Positions 48,191 through 60,400 of a stretch of DNA of 64,000 bases are shown here, piece by piece. The stretch comes from Glaucostegus cemiculus. Taxonomy: Eukaryota. The stretch covers positions 23,746,001 to 23,810,000 of the forward strand of contig CDPCPM010000106.1 of NCBI GenBank assembly GCA_976551045.1, written 5' to 3'. Under the pieces are notes generated by a model that searched no databases, was not told the DNA's origin, and was given only the letters and a program-made list of their open reading frames with translations. Both the position numbers and the translations under genes were made by a program. The stretch's first letter is position 1; every line of letters begins with the position of its first letter.

Positions 48191-49864
48191 GTACATTTCA
48201 CAGACCTCAAGGAGTCACTCTGGTGAAAGAGAAGCAAGAATACAGTATCATTCATCAAAGAGCAAAAGAGAAAATGCATGCAATGAGAAAATTAAAATGT
48301 AGGTCGATCTTTTGTGGATTCTTTGGATTTTTTCAGAGTTTGAAGAGATAAGTAGATTATTATTCACTGAATCATTAATTTCATCCTATACATTACTGCC
48401 TGTGATCTTGGCATCCACCCTGCAGCATTTCCACATTATCATGTTTGCACTTTGCATTCTACTCCTAGCTTTGTGATTTAAATAAATCATGTCAGTTTGT
48501 TGTCTATTAATATATCATAATAATTGCACAATAAATAACATTCAAGCTAAAATATTTAAGAACACAAGAAAATAGGAACTGGGAAGATACCACTTGCCTC
48601 ATTTAACCAACTTCTTCCAACTGCTCAATAGAAATATGCACCACGTTTCCCATTTCACATGTGTGGCTACACATCAACATTACTTAATTGACTGTAAAGT
48701 GCTATGGGAAAGCCTGAAGTCACAAACAGTGCTACATAAATCAATTTTTTTCAGTGGTTATCATCATACACTCACCAATTTATTAAATCTCATGAGGGAG
48801 TTGGTGAGCTTAAGGAAGAGTTCCAAGAAGGTAATACTGTGAAACGTACTTGTCACTTCTGGGAGGCTTCACTTGGAAAAGGAAATTGTCCAAAAAGATC
48901 ACCCAAGCTTTTCTGGTGTGACTGGAAATATCCTCCAGTTAATTATTTACCTATTAAATTGATTATCCATACTGAAAGGGCAAGGGGTATATGGTGATTT
49001 AAATTTCTTTAAGTGAATAAATATATTCACACACAAAGTCAATCTCTTCATAAAATATAGAATTTAAATATCATTTGATTATTTCTTCCAGATTTTGAAC
49101 TGATCACTTTACACACCATCTCTTCAATAAAGAAAGTGGAAACACTATCAGTACCAGTATTGTTCCATAATCAGTTCCCTGGAGATTCATGAGGGAATGC
49201 TTATCCAGTCTTTCTTTTTTTTTAACTTAATCATTTTTGAGCATTATGATTATTTTATACTTTCCAAACGACTGATCCCACCAAGTCTGGGAGCTAGTTA
49301 TGTGGACTCCTCAACACATTAGGCTGTTGATTCACTGACCATCTAGCCTGGTGTAGAACTAGTTTTAACAGAGATACCTTTCCAAATTTCACCTATCGGC
49401 CTTTTATTTAGCAACATGGCTTTTGTCTCCTTATTGCTTATGGGAATGATCGAATGGTGGAGCAGACTCAATGGGCCGTATGGCCTAATTCTGGTCCTAT
49501 GTCATATGGTCTTCTGGAAATAATTGAAGTAGTAACTCAGAGAGTGTTATAGGATGGTGATGGTGGTGGGGGGTAGAATAGGATAGAAAATGATAGCATT
49601 ATTATATATGAGCTCTATCCTGGTGCAGCTTTGATGAGATGAATAGCCCTTGCTTGCTTTGAAGATTTTTGCATTCTAATAATTGAGAAAGGGCAGTAAT
49701 TATTAAATGTCTACCTGGAATTTTCCTTTGCATGTGTTTAGATAAACACTTTGTCAGTTGATTGCAGGATGCAATAGCTTTGCGGCTCAATCAGACTGAA
49801 GAATGAATACTGGAGATGTGATGCACGAAGAACCCATTTCAGGTTCACCAATTGCATGTGGCAC

Positions 49865-49980
49865 CTGAAATTTAAGATAAAAGCAGAAAATGCTGGAAAT
49901 ACTCTGCAGGCTGGGCAACATTTGTAAAAAGGAAAACAGAGTTAACTCTCCAGGTTGAAGACCCTTCATCAGAATTGGGA
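49865..49980 (-). mobile_element. Penelope-like terminus with a hammerhead-like core
   Basis: The minus strand reads CAATT-CTGATGA-AGGGTCTTCAACCT-GGAGA-GTT-AACTCTG. Confidence 0.75.
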
Positions 49981-50127
49981 GGCAGAGATAAAAGTGACAG
50001 CGCTGAAAGTTTGAGTCACTGCAGCATCCAGCTAGCACTTTGGTGATGTTCGCTGGGCATGATTTCTGGAGAACCAGCTGAACTGGGTGATCAAAGCCAA
50101 TGCTGAAGAAAGGAGAGGTACCTTTCA

Positions 50128-50296
50128 AAAATAAGCTGGTGGAAGAGCTCAACGGCTCAAGCAGCATCTGTGGAAGCAAAAGGATGATTGGTGTTTCGGG
50201 TCGAGATAATGTGTCGGGACAGCTTGACCTGCTGAGATTTTCCAGCAGTTTGTTTTTTACGCCATATTCCAGCATTCTGCATCCACCTGTGTCTCC
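50128..50296. mobile_element. Inverted pair of Penelope-like termini
   Basis: GCTGGTGGAAGAGCTCAACGGCTCAAGCAGCATCTGTGG faces TTGACCTGCTGAGATTTTCCAGCAGTTTG...CCTGTGTCTCC. Confidence 0.7.
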
Positions 50297-50519
50297 AGGG
50301 GAAGCTATCACCTCAGACCACTGCTGCACACTAGTGCACACCTTTTAAAAGCCTGCAATGAAGCCCAGGCAAATTTGGGATGGGGAAAGAAATCCCAGTT
50401 ACATGACTGCATTTATCAGAGAGGAGGAGGGAGCTGGGTGCACTGCTCCTGTTGTTGACCTCTATAGCCACCACCTCCCAGTGTCACCACATTACACATA
50501 TTGATGGATTCCTTCCTGC

Positions 50520-50720
50520 CCAGGGCCCTCACAGTGTCTGGTCCAGTTAAGATTCTGCTCTCTGCTGATCCCCAGGATGTTGACAGTGGTGGATTCATCA
50601 GCAGTAATGCCATATGATTGTAAATGAAAAATGCTCAGACTAGCTTTTGCTGCCAATGGTCTTTGCCAGGAACTAGTATGTCATAAATGTAACTTGCAAC
50701 TTCACCCCAAGCTGGAACAT
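50520..50720 (-). mobile_element. RT C-terminal fragment of the 462-998 LINE family
   Basis: Minus strand CAAGTTACATTT...CAACATCCTGGGGATC...CTTAACTGGACCAGACAC (~NILGV.ID..LNW..H), comparable to 870-995. Confidence 0.65.
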
Positions 50721-51699
50721 TGTGTGTTGCACATGTGGGCATAGATTGCTGTTTTGTCTACGTCATTATTATATTGAATGAGATTGTCATATGAAATGAA
50801 CAGTGGCCTTACAGCATATCCAGACAGGATCTCACATCATTGTGTGTTGCCTTGATTTTCATCCTGATATCTGTCTTACACTTTCTTCCCACTTTACCTC
50901 ACTCCCCCCCCTTCCCTCCTTCTTCCTGTGTTATCATGTACAGGACAGTGTGGGTATGGATGACACACAGAATAGCCCAGTTCAGTTTAATAAGTGGCGC
51001 AAGACAGAGCACAAAGTTGCATTTGTGAATTGTAATAGAAATTCTGACCTAATAGGTGTTGATAAAAGTAGTGCTAGTTGATCCAACTTCTGGGCAACAT
51101 TTTTTGAGATGGAAGGTTATTAAAATTAACCCTTCCTGCATGGTGAAGAATGGAGTGAAGCTTCAGAATGAGAACAATGCCTTAGAAATCTGACAGTTTG
51201 TATACTGGAATGACCTGCAATCCAAAGTGTCACTTTATACAGCGAAGTGTTTTTTTGTTAGGAAGATGATATATAAATTGGCTGCTTATGGGAAACCCAT
51301 TGGGAATTTTGAGACCAGTATTGAAATGTGGCCTGAAGATAAAATGATAGAAATAATGTCAAAATTAAGAGAAAGAAATGCAAAGTACTGAAAATTATGG
51401 AAATTAGAAATAGAAGCTTTGCTAATATTATGTCAGTTGTCAGTTCTGGTGCATGTTCAAGACATAATTCCTGCTCTGCTCTGTGCTGTTGTTAGGAAGT
51501 GATTGGAGGTAAAAGGAGAAATTGGAAGGGAGCTGTCAATGCTACAAATCTTTTCAATGATTCAGTAACAATTCCCCTGATTTTAACTGTATTACTACAA
51601 GGAGACCTTCACAGATTTGGAACTTGTCACTCAAGGGCAAGAAAAGTTGAAGAGCTTTGGACCCGTGGGAATGCCTACTCTTCTGATGAGCATGGAATA

Positions 51700-51800
51700 A
51701 TATCTGGATTCAAGTGTTGGGAATGTCAGGGCTTATTTTCTTCAGTCTGGATCAGATTCAAACCCAGGTCCCAGAGGTGAAAGGACAATGAAGCAGCTTC
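51700..51800 (-). mobile_element. SINE head resembling LF-SINE
   Basis: Minus strand CCTTTCACCTCTGGGACCTGGGTTTGAATCTGATCCAGAC versus the remembered LF-SINE head CCTTTCACCTCTAGGTCACTGGGTTCAAATCCAGCCCAG. Confidence 0.5.
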
Positions 51801-53425
51801 TGACCTTATCCCTGCTGTGTGATGCAGTGCAGAAGCACTCCTTTAGGACATGGAGGGTTACAGACTGCTTTCCAGCTGCGGATCAAACTTTATTTGAACC
51901 TTGTGTTGGACATCTGCTGTTTTTTTTATGAATTCTGACAGGAAATAAGCTTGCATTTTACTTAAAAATAAAAAAGGACAACAGCAATGAAATCCAGAAC
52001 CATACATATTGTTCAATCATTCATTATAAAAAGGAACATCTGCAGCCCGTTGCTAAGGTAACCCTGAGATGTCAACTCTGCCCAAGGCTGTATTCTTTAC
52101 CAGTGCCATCTTCCGACACTGTTGGCACAGAGCATATTCTGATGTGAACACCTCTGCTGTTACCATTGTGCTAAATATTCAAGTTCTTGGTACTATTTCA
52201 TATTTCTTCCATATCTTTAAATTGGTAATTATTTCCATACCACACAATAGATTGTTAACACTTTAGGAAAAACTGCTCACTTGTCATTTCCTAAAATGCC
52301 TGCAAATATGAGATGAGTAAAGACTGAAGTCAAGTGAGAACATCCTGTGACTGGGTAAATGCTTGTGTGAATAGAGTTAGTAGATTTTCAATTATCTCCC
52401 AAAGTAAACTTGACACCAATATTTATTACTGACAACCAATTTAGTCATCATTTAGAATAGTACCCATCACAACACATCTTGCAATGTGGCAACACATTTC
52501 ACCACATAATATGTCAAAATTGAAATTAGTTTCAAATAACTACTGTGTCATAGCAATACATAGTATAGCTGTTGTTATTATTTAATTGTTACATTAAGGA
52601 TATCAAAAGATATGGGATGGTATTGGAAAATGGTGTTGAGGTAGAAGATCCACCAAGATTTTATCAAGCAGGCTGAAAGAACTGGACAGCTTACTTCTGT
52701 TTCTATTTTTTATATTCTTATGTTAATGTTTTAATTGCAACATGTAGTCTGGGATCTATCTTAATTTCAATTATAGAGTGAGGTAATATACTCCAAGGAA
52801 TAAGTGGAATTTTATTCACAATGCCTTACTATCCAATTATAACCAGTCCCTCAATAATAACTGAAGAGTTCAGAATAACTGCAGCACACTCAATGTAGGG
52901 GAAAGATGTACAACTAACAATCAAAATAAAGCATTTATTCATTCCCAGCTCCACTGTGAAATGGACAAGAACCCAATTATTGGCATGCCTAAATCTGTAA
53001 CAGATTGTCATTCTCCCATGTAGTATTTTACAGGGGAACAATGCATAGTTTGCAGAATTACATTCCAAGTGGCTTGATATTGATTTGCTTCCAATTTCCT
53101 GTCACAGTGTCTACAGAAGAATATGGTCTATGCTTTATTCAGCCAATTTCCCATGATCTCAGTGAGACAGATCTCATACAACTCTGATTGCTTATGAAAC
53201 AATGGATCAACGATATATTAGATTCTGGGTAGCTCCTCCTGCAACTTACCAGTGTTCTACCACTTGCAGATGAAAATGCACAAAAATATATTTTTAAAAA
53301 GTAAGTCAGTAGCAATTCAATTTTTTCAAAATCACTGACAAAAAAACCTATTCACTCCACTTTGTTTTCCAATTTGCCTATCTAGTTGAAACAGAGATTC
53401 ATCCACTGTTAAAATTAACTTTTTC

Positions 53426-53688
53426 AGGCACGGTAGTGTAGTAGTTAGCATAACACTATTACAGCACCAGTGACCTGGGTTCAATTCCAGCCAATGTCTG
53501 CAAGGAGTTTGTACGTTCTCCCTGTGTCTGCATGGGTTTCCTCCCACATTCCAAAGACGTACAGGTCAGGAAGTTGTGGGCATGCTATGTTGGCGCTGGA
53601 TGCATGCCCCCAGAACACTCTATGCAAAAGATGCATTTCACTCTGTGTTTCGATGTACATGTGACTAATAAAGATATCTATCTATCTT
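53426..53688 (+). mobile_element. V-SINE (family of 4977-5274) with internal deletions
   Basis: GGCACGGTAGTGTAGTAGTTAGC, GGGTTCAATTCC, V-domain, and tail GATGTACATGTGACTAATAAAGATATC. Confidence 0.9.
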
Positions 53689-54644
53689 GATGGATTTTGG
53701 CTTCTTTCTGCAAGGTATCTTAAACAGTTGGAGGTGTCTGCAATGCCAAAATACATTCTAGGCAAGGATTCAGTGTGCCAATGCTGGCCTTAAGAGCAAT
53801 CATCAAATTTTATCCAGAATTAGCCATTTTCTATGTCCAATGTACAATGTGATAATATTTCAGATGTTTTCTGTAAACTTATACAGGATAGTTGTTGCAT
53901 GACTGACTGCTTTCTTTGTGTCATATGATGAGGACGTGTGGGGATGAGTGGAAATTGCTTTTAAGTTTCTAATAGATGTTGAGATGCCAGTTAGAAGGAT
54001 CAAGGATCCTGCTGGAAAAATTCCCAATCCTCATTTGCTTCTAAAGTTATCTCAAAAATCAAAAATAGTCTTCTCACATATATAAAATGAGTAAGTGATT
54101 AAAATTGCTTTCCGATTTGTGTGATCTTGTATTCTTTCTTTGCTTATGTCACATAAAGATGTTACAGCAGATATCCATAGCTGTCACTTAACCCAATGGG
54201 AAGCAGCAAACTCGAAGCTCCCCAACAAACTCATTCAACCCTAGATTTTCTACTTAGATTTTCAGAAGTGTCATGGTTCTGATAAGATATTAAGCCAAGA
54301 TGCCAGCAGCACCATCTGTGATTAAGGCAGTATTTCTCATAAGTATCCATCTGCTAATTAACATAAAAAATCATCCATCTCATCTCATTGGTTTTTTTAG
54401 TACCTTGTTGGAAGTACATTGGCCATAATGTTCTGATGGTATTGATCTGCCTTCTTGATCTACTGCAGTGCACATGGTGAAGGCACCCTCAGATATTCCA
54501 GAGTTTTCACTATAATAAGTTAATGTTAACTGCAATTTGAAGTAATTCATTGAATGCAAACCACCTTAGTACATTGTAATCTTATTTATTTAAAATAAAG
54601 CTCTGACTTATAATTACATTTTAGTTTTATGTCTATACATAATG

Positions 54645-54840
54645 ATATCACATGTGGCTAGCAAGCATACAGCAAGATTCCAAAAACAGCAAGGAGGTGA
54701 AAGACCTATTATTAGTAGATAAAGAAAACATAACAAAATATTTAATGATGATGATTGAGGAAAGAATATTGGCCAGGACAATATTTGTCGTTTAATAATA
54801 GTGCCATGGGCTTGACTACACACACCTCAAAGATGGATGG
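54645..54840 (-). mobile_element. Deu-domain SINE fragment
   Basis: ACAGCAAGATTCCAAAAACAGCAA...GATTGAGGAAAGAATATTGGCCAGGACA...AATAGTGCCATGGG. Confidence 0.65.
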
Positions 54841-55154
54841 TACTCAGGTAGCAGATTATGCTCCTGACGATAAATGTAAACATTCAATGTGTTTGCCATG
54901 AATGGTACACTATCCTAATGTGTTAGGGGAGCCACTTGGACCACATGTGGAATGAAGTAGTTAAAACAGATTTTTCCTGTGGTTGCTGCCAGCATATTCG
55001 TTAGTAATACCTTCCAGTTGGAGCTGCATCTCTGCTATTGGGTTTCATGTCATGTCTCATGCGGTGAGTTTGTCCTATGGGTACAATAGTGCATTTGTTC
55101 TTTCTTCTTCTCTGTCATTTCTCTTTAGCTTTCATTGTGCTTTATCCCTTAATA

Positions 55155-55293
55155 TTTTTCAGTTCTTATGGAAGGACAAAGGCTTGAAACATTCATGCTG
55201 ATTCTATTTCTCAGATGCTGCTTGACTTGCTGAATATTTCCAGCATATTCTGCTTTTATTTCAGTTTCCAAGTATCTGCAGTATTTTGCTTTT
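55155..55293 (+). mobile_element. Penelope-like terminus
   Basis: CAGTTCTTATGGAAGG...GAAACATT...GATGCTGCTTGACTTGCTGAATATTTCCAGCA...CTGCAGTATTTTGCTTTT. Confidence 0.7.
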
Positions 55294-56669
55294 GGATGCA
55301 GTAGGACTATGCTACTGGATGAATAATCCCACCACGACAATTTAAGAATGAGAGAAAAGAAATCAAGATATAAAAAGACAATAAGGGTAAAAATGAAGCC
55401 TCTGTAGCATGGAATAAAACCCACATGAAGGGAGCCTGCTCTCTTTATCCTGTCCAACTTATTTCTGATACAAAGTCAGAGCAAACTAACTATCCTTTGA
55501 GCCCTCTGAAGGGAGAACAACCAATAGATGTCAAACCTGCCAGCACCCCGAGAATAGTTTCAAAGAATCCCTATGATAACACAGAGGTGGCAGACAACAT
55601 TATAAATGTGCAGACACATTCAAACCATTCAGGTTCAGCTTCCTTCTCAATGAAAATCTAATAATTGTGATTGTGAACTGACTGTGTAATAAATTCGACC
55701 AGATGTGGAAGGAAGTAGTTAAAACAGATCTTTTTTTCCGTTTTCACTGCTAACATATTCATTAGTAATGGGTTTCTTTTTCAAAAGCTGCTTCTTGCTG
55801 CTGGTAGTTTACTCACTTATCCTGATGCATATTCAGTGCAACATTAGCAAATATTATTTACATTTCCTGTGCTTTAATTAGCTGCATCTAACAATGTGTT
55901 TATCAGTTATGTTCCTGTGTGTCTGTGGCTCCTTCACCTCTTCAGACAAATTGGCTTGGTTAGGGAGGCACAGTTCAATTATGTTACATTCATGCAGATG
56001 TGCAATCAAGCTGGGAATGTGTCTAGATTTTCTACTTAAACTTACTTCTTTCAGGCCATTACCTGCCAGACTCGTTGTTTTCTCCCTTTCTTAGCACTGG
56101 GTTTAAATCCAGGAAATTGCCATGAAAGGACATTGTTGCTACATTTACAACAATATTTCTACTCAGTCAATGCCTGGGCCTCAGACGGAAAGATGTCCTA
56201 ACACTGTACTTCATTACTTATTAGGGTTGGTCATCATTTCAATGGTGGAGGATAAACACTGCACCAGTCCTTGCAGGGTGAATGGATTATGATCTCATGC
56301 ACTCTGCCAGCTTGTCTCAATTATAGGAAGAGACAACGCCATTGTTTATACTGGCTATAATCCCACTTGAGATGACGAGTGCATACCATTGCCCACATCT
56401 GAGGATAATGGCCAGAACAATCCTTTATTTTGTAAAATGTAAATTGTGGCAGAGTTGAGCTAAATGCATTCATTATTAATATAAATATGTTTCAAGTCCT
56501 TTAGACAACAAGACCCAATATTAAACTTTGGGGTTTTAAATTATTAAGGACTTTAACATAAGTCATCGTTGCATGGTGAAGACCGAATACAATGTAATGG
56601 TACATTTGGTCTTCCCTTCACCCGCAACTCCCCAAATTCCCTCCATTTTCTTATCTATTATATCACTTT

Positions 56670-56815
56670 ACATTTTCCCAGTTCTGTTGAACAGTAAGCT
56701 ACCTGATACATTAACTCTGTTTCTCACTCTACAAATGCTGCCTGGTGGGCTGAGTATTTCCCACTGGGTATTTTTTTTGTTTTTATTTTGATTTCCTGGC
56801 ATTGGCAATGTTTTT
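56670..56815 (+). mobile_element. Penelope-like terminus
   Basis: CCCAGTTCTGTTGAA...CCTGATACATTAACTCTGTTTCTC...GCTGAGTATTTCC. Confidence 0.7.
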
Positions 56816-57279
56816 TTATGTGTGGCTGGTAATCCACAAAATTAACAAAAACCTGGAATCAAGTTATTATCTCACTTGATAAATAAATTTCAGATAATTT
56901 TACCACAATCCAATGACAAGGTTACACTTCTATTACAATATTAAAATGTGAAACCAAATTAGTGGACTTTGTTTTTAGTGATAATGGATTTTTACTGTGT
57001 TATCAAACATTCAGATTGATATATAGTTTACAGATGGTTTTAAATGAATTATGCTGTTAACTTTCAAGTTAATATTGCCTTTAATCCAAAATAATTATAC
57101 ACTTTAATATGACAAAATTAAAGGAATGAAATTAGGCTTGTGTGGTGAATTAATACCAGCACAGATCAATTGAATCAAATGGCTTGTTTCAGTGCTGTAT
57201 ATTCTATGTAAATCATTACAGTATGTAATTCTCTTTGAGTCTGTAGGTGGTGATAGACTCTCAGCATTAATGAATGTTA

Positions 57280-57900
57280 GAGATTTTCATTCCGGTTTAT
57301 GTAGGACTAACTCCATCCTTAATGACAAGGCCTTATGCAGTGACAAGGCCTTCCATGATGTCATGGTATCACACAGTGAAGAAGAGGTGAACCAGCACAA
57401 GGTGCGCACTTAATCTTTTCGACAGTCAGTTAAGTCACACCATTGACTTAGCCAGCTGTCAAAACCATCAAAAACTCTGAATGCATCTGTAAAACATAAA
57501 GATGCAATACTTTCAAAATCTATTTAAGCTATTAAGACATTAAAAACTCATCTATCATTTAAAAAAATAAAATAACAAGTGAAAACAATTAAATATGATT
57601 AAATAGTCTATCATTTAAAAAAATAAAATAACAAGTGAAAACAATTAAATATGATTACATAGACCAAAACAATATAAAAACAGAATAACCAACACCCAAT
57701 TGTCCAGCGCAGCTGTTTTGCTCCATTCTAATCAATGGAGCTGTAGTCCCTGTGCTAGATCCAAACTGGCTGAATCAACTTTCACGACCCCACACTGCCA
57801 GGATTAGAGTGCACCACGATAAAATGCACAGGCAACTGATTGCAACTTCAGCACTTGTGTTCAGTAAGAAATACCAAAGTTGCTGACAATTATGTATGGA
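57280..57900 (-). repeat. Unclassified MITE-like repeat, related to 47580-48190
   Basis: Reverse similarity to 47.9-48.2 kb, an A-rich core, and internal hairpins GCTCCATT..AATGGAGC and CAACTT..AAGTTG. Confidence 0.45.
57551..57662 (+). repeat. 56-bp tandem duplication
   Basis: 57551-57606 and 57607-57662 are identical except for one base (AAATAG vs ACATAG). Confidence 0.95.
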
Positions 57901-59499
57901 AATCTCAGCTGTTACCCAGTTAAATGCCCAATGTTTTCCCACAAAATCCTTTTCCGTAACGTTCAGTATTTTTTGGTATTTTTCAATTCATATTAATACC
58001 TGCTCTTCTCCAGAATTCCCATAATACCATTCTGTTGTTAATATGTTTTAGAAGAAATGTTGTAAGTATTATAAAATGGAACACTTGAGTTTTCGTTCCC
58101 TCTTGAGGTGAAGTCCCTCAGTCCACTGAGCTACCAGCTAATGTCCAACCAAGAAGCTACAAAGCCTGAGCTAAACTTGGCTAATGGATGATGGACAGGG
58201 AAATAGCACACAGAACAGAACTTACGACCTTCTAAGTTTGGACCTTCATTCACTGTACTCACACCTTCTTTAATATATGTGTCTTTTTTTAGTCACAGGG
58301 CTCTGATGTAGACATTATTTATGACTTTTCAGTCACTGTTCAAGATGCGGCTCCTGGTTTTTGCCAGCTGATTCCACCCAGCACTTTTCATTGAAAGTGG
58401 GAGGAGTTTCAGCAAAGGTAGACCCTCACCTCTGTGATGATCATGGAACTATTTGTGAGGACAGAGAAGACTATCCTCTGCCTTTCATGCATTTCAAGAT
58501 GTTCAAAAGTAAGTTCTCTTTTTTTGCATGTAATGTTTAGATTTGTCAGGGCAATGAGGAAACAGATGCTGCACACAGCAGGTGCCATGACAGAGCTACA
58601 GTGTTATCATCTGTGTGTCCTCAATCAGCAAGCATCTGTTGCCAATTGTCATTCACAACCAGAAAGAAATGCTATCTCTGTGCATTCACACCTTCACTAA
58701 TAAAGCACTTTCACAATGACTGGAGGATTGACGATTGCAGAAGTTGATGTTGTTTGCTATGTTATTGATCCCTTAGAAAATCGTTGATAACTTTCTTTTT
58801 GGGGTCTTTGCATATTATTTGGAAATTAGTTTCATTCCATTTTTGCATACAATTAATTAAGCCTGTATATTCCTCTTCAGACATCAATTATAGGTAATAG
58901 ATGAGATGAATCATCTGCTCCCCACTGTTTAGATAATGTTGTTCCAAGGTTCTCAGGACAGAGGGAATTGCTGGCAATGCCCCTCCACAACTGCATGGTT
59001 TGTTCTCAATAGCCCCTTTATCAACCAGGCCATACTTATGTGTTGTAGGTTCATTAACTCATGTCCACCCTATCACTTCAAATAACTGGGTTCTTCTGTA
59101 TATTTTCTTAATTTAGGGACATTGTATTGTAGAGATAGAGATGGAGATAGCGAGACAGAGTGACAGAGAAATAGCAAGATAGAGAAATAAAGAAAGAGAG
59201 AGAGACTTTTACTTTGCAACCGAAATTTGTACCCAGACTTGACTAATGTGATTAAAGTCTTGACCATCAGTAGATAGATGTGAGCAACCCCAAAGCTACT
59301 GTGCTCAGTTCCATTGTGCAATATAGCCGTTGATCAGATGTCATGGGGCAACCACGGGCAGTGCATCAAGTAGATATGAAGGTTTGGAAAATGTGTTACT
59401 CTCCAGAAAACTCCATCCACTGGCATCCTGATCTTCCCAGAAAATAAAGGCAGAGGTCAAATTTCCAGATAATGAGATGTGGTCATGTGGAGGGAGCCA

Positions 59500-59800
59500 A
59501 CAGCAATAACCTGTGTTCACAGAGTAGTTCTAACATAGTAACAAGGAACTATTATCAAACAAAAGTTGGCACTAAGCTAGACAATGAAACTCTTGGGCAG
59601 ATCTTTCTCAAGTTACATCTTAAAGAGGGAGAGAAGGAGGAGGAGTAGAAGTTGGGGAGTGAGCTCCAGACTTAAGGGTCGTAACAGATAAACGCTGAAG
59701 AAAAGAAAATCGAGGATGTTCTGCAGTGCAGAAATGGAGGAGCACAAATTTCTGCCTGAATTTCAGATGATTATAAAGGAATAGAGGGGTGAGGCCATGG
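59500..59800 (-). mobile_element. L2-type LINE 3' region
   Basis: CATCTTAAAGAGG...GGGAGTGAGCTCCAGACTTAAGGG...GAGGCCATGGA, antisense of an L2-like C-terminus (WNSLP region). Confidence 0.55.
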
Positions 59801-59899
59801 ATGCTGAACTCTGTAACATGGTTACAGGTCTCCTTTTGACTTTTGTCTGATTAGGTCTCTGTGAAGTGCCTTGAAATGCCACGTTAAGGGCATTATTAT

Positions 59900-60400
59900 C
59901 ATTGGAAGCTGATATCTTTCCTTATTAATGGGATGAAAGAAGCTGGAAGACAATCAAGAGCTGGAGGTAGTGAAGACAAAGACCACGAGTTTGGTACTGA
60001 ATGTCAAGGCTCTGAGTTATGACATGAGAAATCTTAGGCTTTTCAATTTGGCTGTCAGAGAGATGATTTCATTGAGACATATAAAATAATAAGCGCTACA
60101 GAAAAGGTTAATAGTTCTTTGAATAAACTGGAAGTTGAAAAAAGGAGAATAGATTCAAACTAATTGACAGAAATGCAAGGCAGATATATGAAATGCTTCC
60201 TGCAGATAGTGATCAGAAGTGAGAGTGAACTTTCAGGGAGTGTAGTAGAGACAAAAGCCATTTGTCCATTCAAAGGCAGTTGTGATTAGAAAGTATGATT
60301 AGATAAGATCTTTATTAGTCACATGTACATCGAAACACAGTGAAATGCTGCTTGCAATGGATGAATGAAGATGGGGCAAAATGTCTTCCTCACCCAAAAG
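59900..60400 (+). mobile_element. Degenerate CR1 C-terminus with a V-SINE tail fragment (60300-60348, minus) inside
   Basis: ELEVVKTKTTSLV..VK.LSY..LRLF..RDDFIETYKII pattern; inserted AGATCTTTATTAGTCACATGTACATCGAAACAC. Confidence 0.6.

Noticed and set aside
49787-50341. 184-aa minus-strand ORF
   Set aside because: It runs through three Penelope terminus fragments; the QMLxDLLSxSS-type peptide recurs in other repeat-derived ORFs in this window.
53244-53290. Minus-strand acceptor/donor pair around 13 nt, with a similar 19-nt pair at ~5505-5525
   Set aside because: Neither length preserves frame, and such pairs are expected by chance; unsupported without transcripts.
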